Shown piece after piece: positions 11,447-23,495 of a DNA stretch of 64,000 bases. The stretch is from Felis catus (taxonomy: Eukaryota), in assembly GCF_018350175.1 (NCBI RefSeq), contig NC_058368.1:141300001-141364000 (forward strand), written 5' to 3'. The notes below the pieces were generated by a model. It saw nothing but the letters and a program-made list of their open reading frames with translations, had not been told where the DNA came from and searched no databases. The position numbers and the translations under genes were made by a program. Numbering within the stretch: the first letter of the stretch is position 1; each line of letters begins with the position of its first letter.

Positions 11447-12547
11447 TCACTTACTACTTTTAATAGTTTTTTTTTGATGGAGTCTTTAGGATATTCTATG
11501 TATAGGATGTCCTCTGCAAATAGTGACAGTTTGACTTCTTCCTTACCATTTCGATATATTTTATTTCTTGTCTGATTGCTGCGACTAGGACTTCCATTAT
11601 TATATTGAATAAAAGTGGTAAGAGTGGACATCCTTGTGGTGTCCCTGATCTTAGTTTTCCACCGAGTGTAATGTTAATTGTGTTTGTCATAGATGGCCTT
11701 TATTAAGTTGAGATTCCCTCTATACTCACTTTGTTGAGAGTTTTTATCATGAATGGATGTTGCATTTTGTCAAATGCTTTTTCTTCATCTGTTGAGACCA
11801 TGTGATTTTTATTGTTCATTTAGTTGACATAGTGTCATTAATTGATTTCTGGATATTAAACCATCCCTGAATCTCCTTCTTCATCAGGGTGCATGATCCT
11901 TTTAATGTATTGTTGAATTCAGTTTGTTAACATTTTGTTGAAGAATTTGCATCTGTTTCTATCAGGGATATTGGCATGTAGTTGGATTCCGTTGTTTTTC
12001 TAGGGCCTTTGTCTGGTTTTGGTATTAGAGTAATGCTGGCCTTGAATATGTGTTTGGAAGCTTTCCTTCTTCTATTTCCCTCATTCTTTTGGGAATAATT
12101 TGAGAAGAATAGGAATCCTCTAAATGTTTGGTAGAATTTGCCCAGGAATCCACGTGTTCCTGGACTTTACTTTGTTCGGAATGTTTGATTACCAATTCAG
12201 TTTCATACTAGTTACAATCTGTTGACATTGTCTATTTCTTCTTGATGCAATTCTGGAAGATTGTATTTTTCTAGGAATTTATCGATTTCTTCTAGGTTGT
12301 CCCATTTATTGGCATATAATTTTTTATATTTCTGTGGTCTCAGTTGTTACCTCTCCTTTTTCGTTTCTGATTTTACTTACTTGGGTCCCCTTTTTTTCTT
12401 AATGAGTCTCAGTAAAGGCTTCTCAATTTTGCTATCTTTTCAAAGAACCAGCTCTTGGTTTCAGTGATCTTTTCTATTATATTTTTTGTCTGTATTTCAC
12501 TTATTTCTGCTTTTCATTATTTCCTTCTTCCTACTGGCTTTGGGTTT

Positions 12548-12581
<34 letters not shown>

Positions 12582-14956
12582 TTCCTTTCAGTGTAAGGTT
12601 AGATTGTTGAGATTTTGTTTGTTTTTGGAGGTAGGCTTGTATCACTGTAAATTTCCCTCTTAAAACTGCTTTTGCTTTTGCTCTCTCCCAAAGATTTTGG
12701 GCCAATATGTTTTCATTTTCATGTGTCTCCACATATTTTTTTGATCTCCTCTTTGACTTCTTTGTTGACTCATTGGTGGTTTAGTAGCATGTTGTTTAGC
12801 CTCCATGTGTTTGTGGATTTTTTTTCCATTTTTTTTTTCTTGTAATTGATTTCTAGTTTCATACTGTTGTGGTTGGAAAAGATGCTTGGTATTTTTCAGT
12901 TTTCTTAAATTTATTGAGACTTGTTTTGAGGCCTAACATGTGATCTGTCCTGGAGAATGTTCCATTAAGTACTTGAAAAGAATGTGTACTGTACTGTTTT
13001 TGGATGGAATGTTGTGTATATATCTGTTAAGTCCATCTGGTATAGTATGTTGTTCAAAGCCACTGTTTTCTTACTGATTTTCTGCCTGTATGATCTATCC
13101 ACTGTTATAAAAGTCTCCTACTCTTATGTCAGATTTCTGTCAATTTCCTCCTTTAGGTCTGATAATATTTGCTTTACATATGTAGGCGGTTCAATGTTGG
13201 GTGCATAGGTATTTAAAATTGTTATATTTTCTTGCTAGGTTGATGTTGGGTATGTAGATACTTAAATTTGTTGGTGCATAGGTATTTAATAGTATTATGT
13301 CCTTTTGTTGGATTGATCCCTCAATCATTATGTAATGCCTTCCTTTTTCTCTTGTTACAGTCTTTCCTTTTAAAGTCTACTTTGATATAAGTATGCTACC
13401 TGGCTTTTTTTCCACTTTCATTTACATGGAATATCTTTTTCCATCCCTTCATTTCAGTCTGTATGTGTCTTTAGGTCTGAAGTGATTGTCTTTTAGGAAA
13501 CATATAGATGGGCCTTGTTTTTGTTTTTCAAGTGTTTTTTTTTTTTAATCCATTCAGTCACCCTATGTCTTTAGATTGGAGCCCTTAGACCATTTACGTT
13601 TAGAATTAATTATTGATAGATACTTATTGCCATTTTCTTTTGTTTTCTGGTTGTTTTTCTAGTAATACTCTATTCCTTTCCTCCTCTTATTCTCTTTCCT
13701 TGTGATTTCTTATTTTCTCTAGTGTTATGCTTGGTTTTCTTTTTCTTTTTGTGTATGTGTATCTATTACAGGTTTTCCTAAGTATGTAACAGTCTATATT
13801 AAGTTGATGGTCACTTAAGTTTGAACCCATTCTGAAAGAACTTTTACTATCCCCCCTCCGCATTTTGTGTATGTGCACATCTTTTTACAAATTTTTATTT
13901 TGTGAATCCCCTTGCCTTTTGTAATATTCTTGTTTCTAATTATAGTCCTTTCTTTTCTACTTAAAGAGGTCTTTTAAACATTTCTTGTAAGGCAGGTGTA
14001 ATGGTGATAAACTCCTTTACTTTTTTGTCTGGGAAATTCTATTTCTCCTTCAGTTCTGAGTGATAATTTTGCTACACAGAATATTCTTGGTTGCAGGTTT
14101 TTTTTTTTTTTTTTTTTCCTTTTAGCACTTTGAATATGTGATGCCTCTCCCTTCTGGCCTGCAACATTTTACTGAAAAATCAGCTGACAGCCTTATGAGG
14201 TTTTTCTTGTACATAAATATTTGTCTCTTGGTGTTTTTCAAATTCTCTTTGTTTTTAAACTTTGACATTTTGATTATTAGGTGTTGTGATGTTCATGATG
14301 TGGAACTCTCTGTGCCTCTTGAAACTGGTGTCTGTTTTGTTCCCCACGTTAGGGAGGCTTTCAGCTATTATTTTTTTCAAGTAAGCTTTATGCTGTTTCT
14401 CTCTCCTCTTCTTCTGGGATCCCTGTAATACTAATGTTTGTTCTCTTGACATGGTCAAAGCGATCCCTTAACCTATCCGCATTTTTAAAAAATTCTTCTT
14501 TCCTTTTGTTGTGCAGTTTGGGTGTTTTCCATTACTCTGCCTTCCTGATGGCTGATACCTTCTGCATCCTCTGATCTACTGTTGATTTCCTCTAGTGTAT
14601 TTTTCATCTCAGTTATTTTATTCTGAAACTCTGATTGGTCCTTTTTTATATTTCTCTTTGTTGAAGCTCTCACTAAGTTCCTTCACTGTCATCTCCTTAC
14701 TTTGCTTGACTTTCTATGTTTGTTTTTGTGAATTAGGTATAACAGCTACTCTTCTAACCTAGAAGGAATGTTGTGTATTGTTATCCCCTGTGTAGACTGT
14801 GTGTGCCTGGTGTCGTTGGCTGAGTAGAGCTGATGTGTGCATATTCTGAGGCGTTCCTGAAACTTTCTGCACAGGGGATGCCCTGGCAGGACACCTGAAG
14901 CTGAAGTGGGTGCAGGCCATGGGGTCTCAGGGCTCTCCACACAGAGATCACCCTGG

Positions 14957-15331
14957 TTCAGGCTGTACTTCTCATTTTAATTCTCTTGCTATGTCTACAC
15001 CATCCACAGTATTGAATTCATAAAAGTCATCATTAGGGTTGGAAATCCCCTTCTTTCAAATTCTTTTTAATGTTGTTATTTTGACCTCTTCCCATGAAAC
15101 ACCAATATTCTTTTTTTTTAATGTTTATTTATTTATTTTGAGAGAGAGAGTGTATGCAGGGGAGGGGCAGAGAGAGGGAGAATCCCAAGCAGGTTCCATG
15201 CCGTGAGTGCAGAGCCCAACATGGGGCCTGAACCCACAAACCGTGAGATCATGACCTGAGCTGAAATCAGGAGTTGAATGCTTAACCAGTTGAGCCACCC
15301 CGGTGCCCCAAACCATCAAGATTCTTAATGG
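14957..15331 (-). mobile_element. Tigger1, second part (interrupted again by a SINE)
   Basis: Continues the Tigger1 text: ttctcttgctat..aaagtcatc..agggttggaa..ttttgacctcttcccatgaa..ttcttaatgg. Confidence 0.75.
15113..15309 (-). mobile_element. CanSINE
   Basis: Consensus body; degenerate TSD aaacaccaatattctt / aaaccatcaagattctt. Confidence 0.92.
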
Positions 15332-17604
15332 TGACAGGGGTGCTGTTGTCATGCATGGGCATAGTTGACTTATCTCTCTTCCTGCCCTACAGTCCTCAGG
15401 CTCATGTTCCCTGCTTGGCTGCCTACCAGAGAACAACAAAGTATGGAAATGCTCATTCTCTGTTTACTTCCTCAGTGAGCATGACCAAGAATTATGAGAA
15501 AATAATTTTAGTGGAGTCATTCATGCCAAGTCATAAATGACTGGTGGGTTTAGACCTCCAAGAAAAAAATTCAAATTCTTAAAGATTTTTTTCATCCAGG
15601 TGAATCTTTAGTTGTAAAAGGGTTGTGGGGAAGGACATTATTCAGAAGAGTAATGTAGATAACCTGAGTGTGGAAGCTCTGATAAAACTTAGCACAGTTG
15701 GAGAGTAAGCAGCAAAGGTCCTTAGGCACCGCACCTGCTGCAGTGGATCATGAAATGAGTCATGGAATAGGATCCTGGGTGGCAGGTGCTAACCTTGCCC
15801 TGCACATCCTCTGCTTGTAGAGCAAGTGACATCAAAGGGTATGTCCAGTCTGTGTTATTGTCCTTAGAAGAGAATCCAGCAGAGTTAGATGAGCCATTTC
15901 AGGGGCAGCAGTTGTGGAGGGGGTGCAGTGAGTTCAGCTCCAAAAGTGCCAAATGCCACATCCTGTGTGGAGAAAGAAAGGAAGCTACCTCAGAAGATGG
16001 ACCTGGTACCTCTCATCTCTCCTCCCTGTTGCCTCTTCTCCCATCTGGGACCAAGGCACTTCCATACGATAGGCAGAGTTGGGCTATGTATATACTAGAC
16101 CTTGGGCTTCATCTGGCTTCATCTAGACAGAACACAAAGGCCACGTTGACCTTGCAGGAGGTCCACAGTTCAGTCATCTCGCCTGTGGGGGTCACCAATA
16201 GACGAACCAATGGCCTTTTTAGGTAATCAGGGAAGCCATAGGACTTTGTTCCTACGGGAGAGATGTATTGTGATTCAGAGAGAAAAGCTAAATATTTAAA
16301 GATAACTTGCTTTTGAGCTAAAGTTGATTGAGAAAACAGTTTGCAAGGCAAAAGTTGTATTCATTTGATAGAGTATCAAAAATTCACACTGTACTCAGTA
16401 GCTTTGTAACAAATGGTCTTCATCTGTAAAGAAAATATATAAAGCAGCCATTCACAGAAGAAATAACAAGGAACCATAATTATGGATCCCATTTTTATGA
16501 CCTGCTATGTGTCATAGCCCTCAGTCACATTTTGACCAAGATCTCACACAGGCTGGCCATAGAATTGTTTCTCTAATTATGTGGAATGGACTATGCAGAA
16601 TGATTCATAGAAAACCCCTTTTTTAACATGTCAGTTTTACGTGATTATTTTCAATGGTTCAGTCAAGCTGGAACATTGTACCCGTTATCTGATATATAGG
16701 CAACTTGTGGCTATTTATTACAGCTGATGTTGCTAAGCCATACTAATCTTCCTTCATAGTACCACACACTCACCTGTCTTGTTTTTCAAGTTAACTTATC
16801 CCATTCATTGAGTGGCTGCAAAGGCTTGGTTGTCCGAACGACTGGAAGGAGGTGGAGTTAGCAGCAAAGGAGCATGATTTTAAGCGTGATACAGCTAAAT
16901 GCAACTTGGTAACAGTGTCTCACTTATAAACAGAAAAAATGCAACATCCCAAAGCGTGTATATTGTTTTCTAGTGTTAATGACTTCATTCATCATTTGAT
17001 GGATATTTAGTGAGCGTTAGCATAAAATCATTAGCACACACAAAAAATCTGATAATGAGAAGGAACTAGGTGTTAAGCTGCATCCAAAGTTCAGATCTTG
17101 TTGTGAATATACATTTTGTAAAATGACTCTGTCCATAATTGAGGAGCATTGGAAGAGATTTTTAGGATGGTTTTTTAGAAATCCTGGGCTTAAATTCCGA
17201 TTATTTTTATACTACAGAAAAATTTTATAACCCATCTGAAATTTAAATAGATCATATTAGCTTTATAAAAAATTTTTTGTTACGGCTTTTTGTCTTTTTG
17301 GATTTCTGCAAATGGTCAAAATGGGAACAGCTGAGTGGAGGTGTAGATGTCCTGGGTAAAAAGTGCATCCCTTGGGTATCTCCTTGCTCTCAGGTTCAGC
17401 CATTCTGTAAGTGTCTGAATGTAATTGAGCATTTATAGTATTATCACTTGATGTACATCTTTCATCTGTTTTTATTATCTGTGTAACTTCTTGATTTCTT
17501 AACTCCTCAGAGCTTTTTGATTAAATTGTTTGGTTGGAAATGTGGCTAATACCATATTTAAAATTTCTTTCTCTTGTTTTACCAAACTTTTTGAACAACT
17601 TTAG

Positions 17605-17647
17605 ATTCACAAGATTCATCGTGATTCAGGAGACAATTCTCAGACAG
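17605..17647 (+). CDS. PDE8B: PDE8B coding exon (IHKIHRDSGDNSQT), 43 nt, phase 0-1
   Basis: tttag|ATT...ACAG|gtgag; peptide matches the PDE8B linker as recalled. Confidence 0.93.
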
Positions 17648-18034
17648 GTGAGAATACTTCAATTTCACTCCACTGGCATTTGTGGGTTCAAGTCTGTAAA
17701 TTACTCTGAAGAAGTGTAGATTGACACTCACCACCCCAGAATGTGGATTACTAAAATCTGAGTGTGGATATTGGAAGGCTGGAGAGCCAGCATAAAAGCA
17801 AAATCCCTTCAAAAGTTTGGAATCTTCATTCATGGCAACCTTTTCTACTGAATGCCTTTATCATGCTGGTTTTATTTTACTGGCTGGAGACCATATAGAG
17901 CAGATACACCTTAAAAAGAGAGTGGCCAGAAGTCCAGGAGAGAGACACTGTTGTTACACCCTGGTCAGGCTACCCGTTCTTCGTAGCTGTTGGTGTCTGT
18001 CTAATTAGAAAATGTGGGTTGGCCTGCCATGGAA

Positions 18035-18955
18035 GTCCAGAGCACTGAGGTCCCATTTCAGTCCCCACTCCCTTGCTTTATACCTTGGGCAGTACTCTGT
18101 CTGACCCTTGGATTCCTCAACCCTCAAATGAGGAAATGACTAGATGACTCCTATATTTGAAAGGTCTGGATTTCTCTGATCATTAGAGGCAAAATTCAGT
18201 CTATCAGAAATTTAAAATTCTTATTCGTGTACACACACACGATATTCTTTCCTCTGTTAGTGGTTTTCCCAACCATTAGTGCATAAAGTTAGACCCTGGG
18301 CTACCTATTTAGTCCCTCTCCTTGACTCTAGGATGGACCATATTTTAACATACTCAGACTCAATTTCATCTTTCTGAGCTTTAGTTTCTTCACTTGTAAA
18401 ATGAATTAACAATGTGCATCTCATTGTTATGAAAAATAAAGGAGAAAGTGTATGTAATATGTGACTGTACCTGCCATTTAACTCTTGGATATCCTCCTTC
18501 CTTTCCTCTACCCTTTTCCTTCCTCTGCCCTTGCCCCTCCCTCCCTCCCTCCCTCCCTCCATGTCTCTGTCTCTGCCTCTCTCTCTTTATGTTTATCTCT
18601 TGTAAGAGTATTATTTTAATTAACTTATTAGGTGCCAAAAAATGTTGCAAGCATTTTCATATCCTTTACTGTGCCCAGCGTTGCCTTGCACATATTAGGG
18701 TCAACAAATGCTCCCAAAACATTGATAAATTGAAACTATCCCATCTTACAAAACATAGGTTCCACTGTTTGACGTGCTGTTTGACTTGGAGCTACCTACA
18801 TAATCTCTCCAAGTTCAAGTTTTCTCACTGGTAAAATGAAGATTGTACTATGTACTTTCAGAATTGTTATAATGATCACATAAGATAATTTACATTTGAA
18901 GTAAATATTGAAGCACAATGTCTGGTGCAGAGTAGGTGCTCAGTAAATGTTCGCT
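18035..18955 (+). mobile_element. MIR and L2 relic cluster with a pyrimidine-rich simple repeat
   Basis: MIR core motifs (tagtttcttcacttgtaaaatg; ttttctcactggtaaaatgaagat; agtaggtgctcagtaaatg). Confidence 0.6.
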
Positions 18956-19341
18956 ATTTTTTTAAATTATTGACACTATATCCCCTTTTGCCATTGAATA
19001 AAGATATTTAAATTTCCTTTATCTTTGTTTTCTTTGGTCTGTAAATTCATTCCAAAGCATCTCTTGGGAGAATGAATAATGAATTATTCGACTTAAATGG
19101 CCTTTATTGAAGAATAATTTCTCCAAACTTTTAGTAATTTCTGTTGCTACATTCTCTTAATTTCAGCTGAGATAATATCGGGAAGAACAAGAATTATATA
19201 TCTTGGAGTAATTTCTAGTGAATGATTTAGTATTCAGCTAGCCAGGCATGGTCACAGTCATGAGACTAACTTCCCTACTTTGGTTTTATTTAGAAACTAC
19301 ATTTTCAGGAATGAGGTTTTTTTAATTTGGAATTTAATCTT

Positions 19342-19547
19342 TTTTAAAAAAATTTTTAGTGTTTATTTTTTGAGAGAGACAGCATGAGCAGCGGAGGGGC
19401 AAAGAGAGGAGACACAGAATCCAAAGCAGGCTCCAGGCTCTGAGCCCTCAGCACGGAGCCCAACGTAGGGCTCAAACTCACGAACCATGAGATCTTGACC
19501 TGAGCCGAAGTTGGACGCTCAACCCCACTGAGGCACCCAGGCACCCC
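19342..19547 (-). mobile_element. CanSINE
   Basis: Consensus body; TSD core gaatttaatctt on both sides. Confidence 0.93.
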
Positions 19548-20079
19548 AGTCTTGAATTTAATCTTAAATCTTTATTCAGTTAGATTTAATTTATTATGTG
19601 GTAAAGGCTAGGAATGTATATGATTATTAAGTCCCTGAAGAGGCTAAAAAGGAATGTTTTGTGAGTCACCACTGTTAGTTTTTCAGGGTTTGAAAGATGC
19701 CATACGATCCTAACAATGTCATTTAAAGTACCACTACTTATAGGTGTCTTTACAAATACTGAAACTCCTGTCCACGGCCAGGAAAATTATTAAGGCAGAA
19801 TCCACAAGATAAGGCTGTATGGTTAAGGTGTTTAGATCAACTTCATAATAATTCTGCTTTTGTCTTTAGCTGTATAAATATAATTCAAGTTTAGTTGATG
19901 ATTTAATTTTTTTAATTGAATCAGAATTTTTAGGACTCTAAAATAGTTAAAAAGCTGATCCAGAAAAAAAGTGAAAACAGACAAGAGAACAATATTATAA
20001 CCTGATCCCACATATGCCTAGAAAGAAGGTATATTTGCAAATGACCAGATGTAATTAATACCACCAGCCAGTACAAACT

Positions 20080-20300
20080 ACATACTTCCTGTGTAGCAGG
20101 CACTGTGTTAAGTGCTTTGCATGGATTAACTCATTTATGTCACACAGCAACTTAAGAATGAGATGCTGTAACCATCCCCACTTCATAGATGTAGATGTTG
20201 AAATACAGAGAAGTTAACACTGCCAGGGTTATACAGCTAGTAGTAGATGATGGCATTCTGGAGACTTGAATTTTGGCAAGTTACTCTGGAACTGGTTTAT
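20080..20300 (-). mobile_element. MIR
   Basis: caggcactgtgttaagtgctttgcatggattaactcattt...cacttcatagatgtagatgttgaaatacagagaagttaa. Confidence 0.75.
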
Positions 20301-20341
20301 CTACTGTTCTCTCTTGCACCTTTTTTGGTGTTAATAGACCA

Positions 20342-20549
20342 TTTTTTTTTCATATTATTTATTTATTTTGAGACAGAGATTGAGAGTGGAGGAGGAGCAG
20401 GCAGAGAGGTTAGAGAGACAGAATCCCAAGCAGGCTCCACACTGTCAGTGCAGAGCCTGATGTGGGGCTCACACTCATGAACTGCAAGATCATGACCTGA
20501 GCCGAAATCAAGAGTTGGACACCTAGAACTGACTGAGCCCCCAGGCCCA
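20342..20549 (-). mobile_element. CanSINE
   Basis: Consensus body; ttaatagac repeated on both flanks. Confidence 0.9.
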
Positions 20550-21477
20550 CCATTAATAGACACTTCTTCAAAGAGCGTATTGCACCTTTTTCTTCTTTCT
20601 TGGAATATGAACACTTACTGATGTATAAGAAATGTATTCTTCCTGCTGGAACCTGTGTGTGTGCCTCCTGTCTTGGCACAGTGGGGAACAATTCTGTGTT
20701 ATGATTAAGTTTCTCTCCTTGCTACTGGGTTACTCCCACAAGAAGCCAATGCCCTGAAAATGCATGTTTCTGAAGGTAATTCTGCTGCCCTGACATTTTT
20801 ATCTCTTTGTCCTCACTCCATGCTTCAATATTTCATTAATGTGACAGCACATTTTGAGGGTTAAAGTCAGCAAAGACTTGTGCAGAATTGAAGTGCTTTA
20901 TTCCCCTTAGAAAATAGGGACAAAAGTGAGTTGTGGAAATAGTTGGGATTATAAACCTGCCTTTTCTTCCCTTCCTTCCTGGGATTTTCACTATGCCTCA
21001 TTTGATGAAATCACATCCTAAGGAGAACCTAGAAGACCATCTGGTGGGCTGACCTGTCAGAGGGGCCTAAAATTAGTCCATAGTAGTTTCTCAAATAAAT
21101 TCAAGTTTCTTTGTATTTCACTGGTATTTTACCTCTGCAAATATCTCTGTAACAGCCTTCCTGACCCAGTTACATTTACTGTCCTTCAGGTTGAAATGAA
21201 CCCCCCCCCCAAATTTCACCCAAGTTTTAATACTTATTTTTAAAAAAGATATTTTATTAATGGAACTAAAGAACTCTTGATAAAAAGCCTATTACCATTA
21301 CATAACGGCCGTAAGAAAAGAGTATCATTTTGCAATTAACATGATTGATAATTCTGTGCTGTTGATGAGTTGAAGAGAAAGTGGTTTGCTGTTTCTTGAA
21401 AGTATTTTATCGTGCTTAAAAAGGAACCTTGTTTTCATTGGGGAGGGGAAATGTGTCTAAACTTCACCTGTAAATAA

Positions 21478-21633
<156 letters not shown>

Positions 21634-22376
21634 TAGAAGATGACAGAGGAATATACTCAAGAATTTGTCAGCATATAAACAAAACCCCAAGTAGCAGAGT
21701 TTTAATGCAGCTTGCTTTTTTACTCCATAAACTGAAAAATGTTTAGCACTTCTTACTTTTTTGCTTTTTATAGTGTCTTCTCTTTGAAATGACTCCACAC
21801 TTGTTCCATGATGGCCTAAATTGTGTTGAGCCATATAACCACCAGAGCAGCTCAGAGTTTTAATAGCCAGGTCATTTTTTTTTAAATATAATAGCTAGAT
21901 CATTCTTAAGTGGGAGTGGGAGAAAAGGAACTGCAGAGTCCTGACTTCCCAACTTCAACACTTCCCAGTTTTCAGTGTACCTGTTACACACCCTTACCCT
22001 TAAAAAAATGTCATGGAAATACTGTGCGACATAATTTAGCACAACAGTTCTGCTCTGCTAAACATAATTTAACCAAAACATTATTTGAGTTCAAGCACGC
22101 CTTAAAGAGGCATCATTTGGATTTGCAGGGAGGGGGGAAAGTCCAAGATGACTTTGACATTTCATTCCTAGGTACCTGGGAAAATACGAGTAATATTTTC
22201 AGAAATAGGAGTCTCCATGTATGGCCATGTGGGGGGTTGAGGAGAAAATGATTATTTTTATTTTAATGAAGATGCCAAGGAAGCTAAAATACAAGACTAG
22301 TACTGCGGGCTAGAGGTGTGGATTTGGGAGCCCTAGGGGTGATAGATGATGCTTTGAGCAGAGGAACATCTGTAAG

Positions 22377-22378
<2 letters not shown>

Positions 22379-22452
<74 letters not shown>
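22379..22452. repeat. (GT)n(GA)n microsatellite within a degraded L2
   Basis: Direct reading. Confidence 0.95.
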
Positions 22453-22460
<8 letters not shown>

Positions 22461-23272
22461 AGGGAGAGAGGGAGGTGGGGGCAGGGGAAGAGAGAGAGAA
22501 GAGAAAAGAAAAGAAGGTCTAGGTTCTAGATTTGAAGGCATTCTTTCAGTTAGAGGAGAGGCAGGAAAAATAGGGCCAAGGAAGAGCACAAGAGAACTGG
22601 GGGTGAGCCACGAACAAGAGGGTAGCAAGAGAAGGGAGATGGCCAGCAGTATTATATGCTGCAGAGATCAGTGAGCTTAAGCGCCGAGAACAGATTAGTG
22701 GATTTCACTCATCCATTCTAGGGGCAGGAGGAGGGGTGGGGAGTGACTGTGATACAAAGAGAGAAGTAGGATGGTAACTTAAGGGAATAAACTGGAAGGG
22801 CAAGTGAAGGACTTTTCAATCCTGTGGGTCACAATGGGAAACCTGATTATGAGGGAAGTGGATAAACTAGGAAGGACTGAAGACTTTAGAGACAAGATGA
22901 ATAATTCATAGAGGAAAGAGGATAAATCATAGGGCAGGCAAAGGATAGGGGCCAAACATGTAAAACAAGATTAACTGAAATATTTTCAGATGTAAATAGA
23001 ACATTTTAGATGGACAGGATAATGGATGAGAGAATTTGAACTAGATTAGCTCAGTTTTCAGTGTAAAGTTTGAGATGGGACCATCATCTCTCCAGAACAT
23101 GGAGAAGTAGAGGTTGCAAAGTACAGAAGAAGGCTGTAATGATGGCTGAGCAGCAGGTAAGCTTTCTTGATATTGGCTAGATTAAGTCATCCCATTTGTA
23201 ACGTGAGGATTTTATCCCTCCTTCCTGCCTCACAGGCAATGGTAGGATGAGCTGATGGGATCAGAGCTCTTA

Positions 23273-23401
23273 CTGATTTATTTATTTTTAGGTTTATAAT
23301 TATTTTTTAAAATTTTTATATTTTATTTAAATCCCAGTTAGTTAACGTATAGTGATGATGATCTCAGGAGTAAAATTTAGTGATTCATCACTTAAATATA
23401 A
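23273..23401 (-). mobile_element. Very short 5'-truncated L1 3' end
   Basis: T-rich tail then ttagttaacgtatagtg...caggagtaaaatttagtgattcatcactta; TSD-like cagagctctta / cagggctttta. Confidence 0.7.
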
Positions 23402-23495
23402 CAGGGCTTTTAGGGTAGTTTCTCCCTTTGGAATTTTTACCTACATGTAAGCATTACCTGTTCAAAACAAACAAACAAACAAACAAAAAACAATG

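Larger units (their letters stand above)
10099..14956 (-). mobile_element. Carnivore LINE-1 with internal deletions (ORF1 and ORF2 remnants), inserted into Tigger1
   Basis: L1 3' terminus at ~10105-10160; ORF2 remnants ([27 protein letters not shown]); ORF1 remnant (ITEMKNTLEEINSR); TSD ttcaggctccactt (10085-10098) / ttcaggctgtactt (14957-14970). Confidence 0.9.

Noticed and set aside
15786..16226. 146-aa ORF in non-repeat intron
   Set aside because: Non-ATG start, no recognisable domain and no convincing splice boundaries; length compatible with chance.
22453..22490. G-rich tract with G-quadruplex potential
   Set aside because: Part of a microsatellite/L2 low-complexity region; nothing indicates function.
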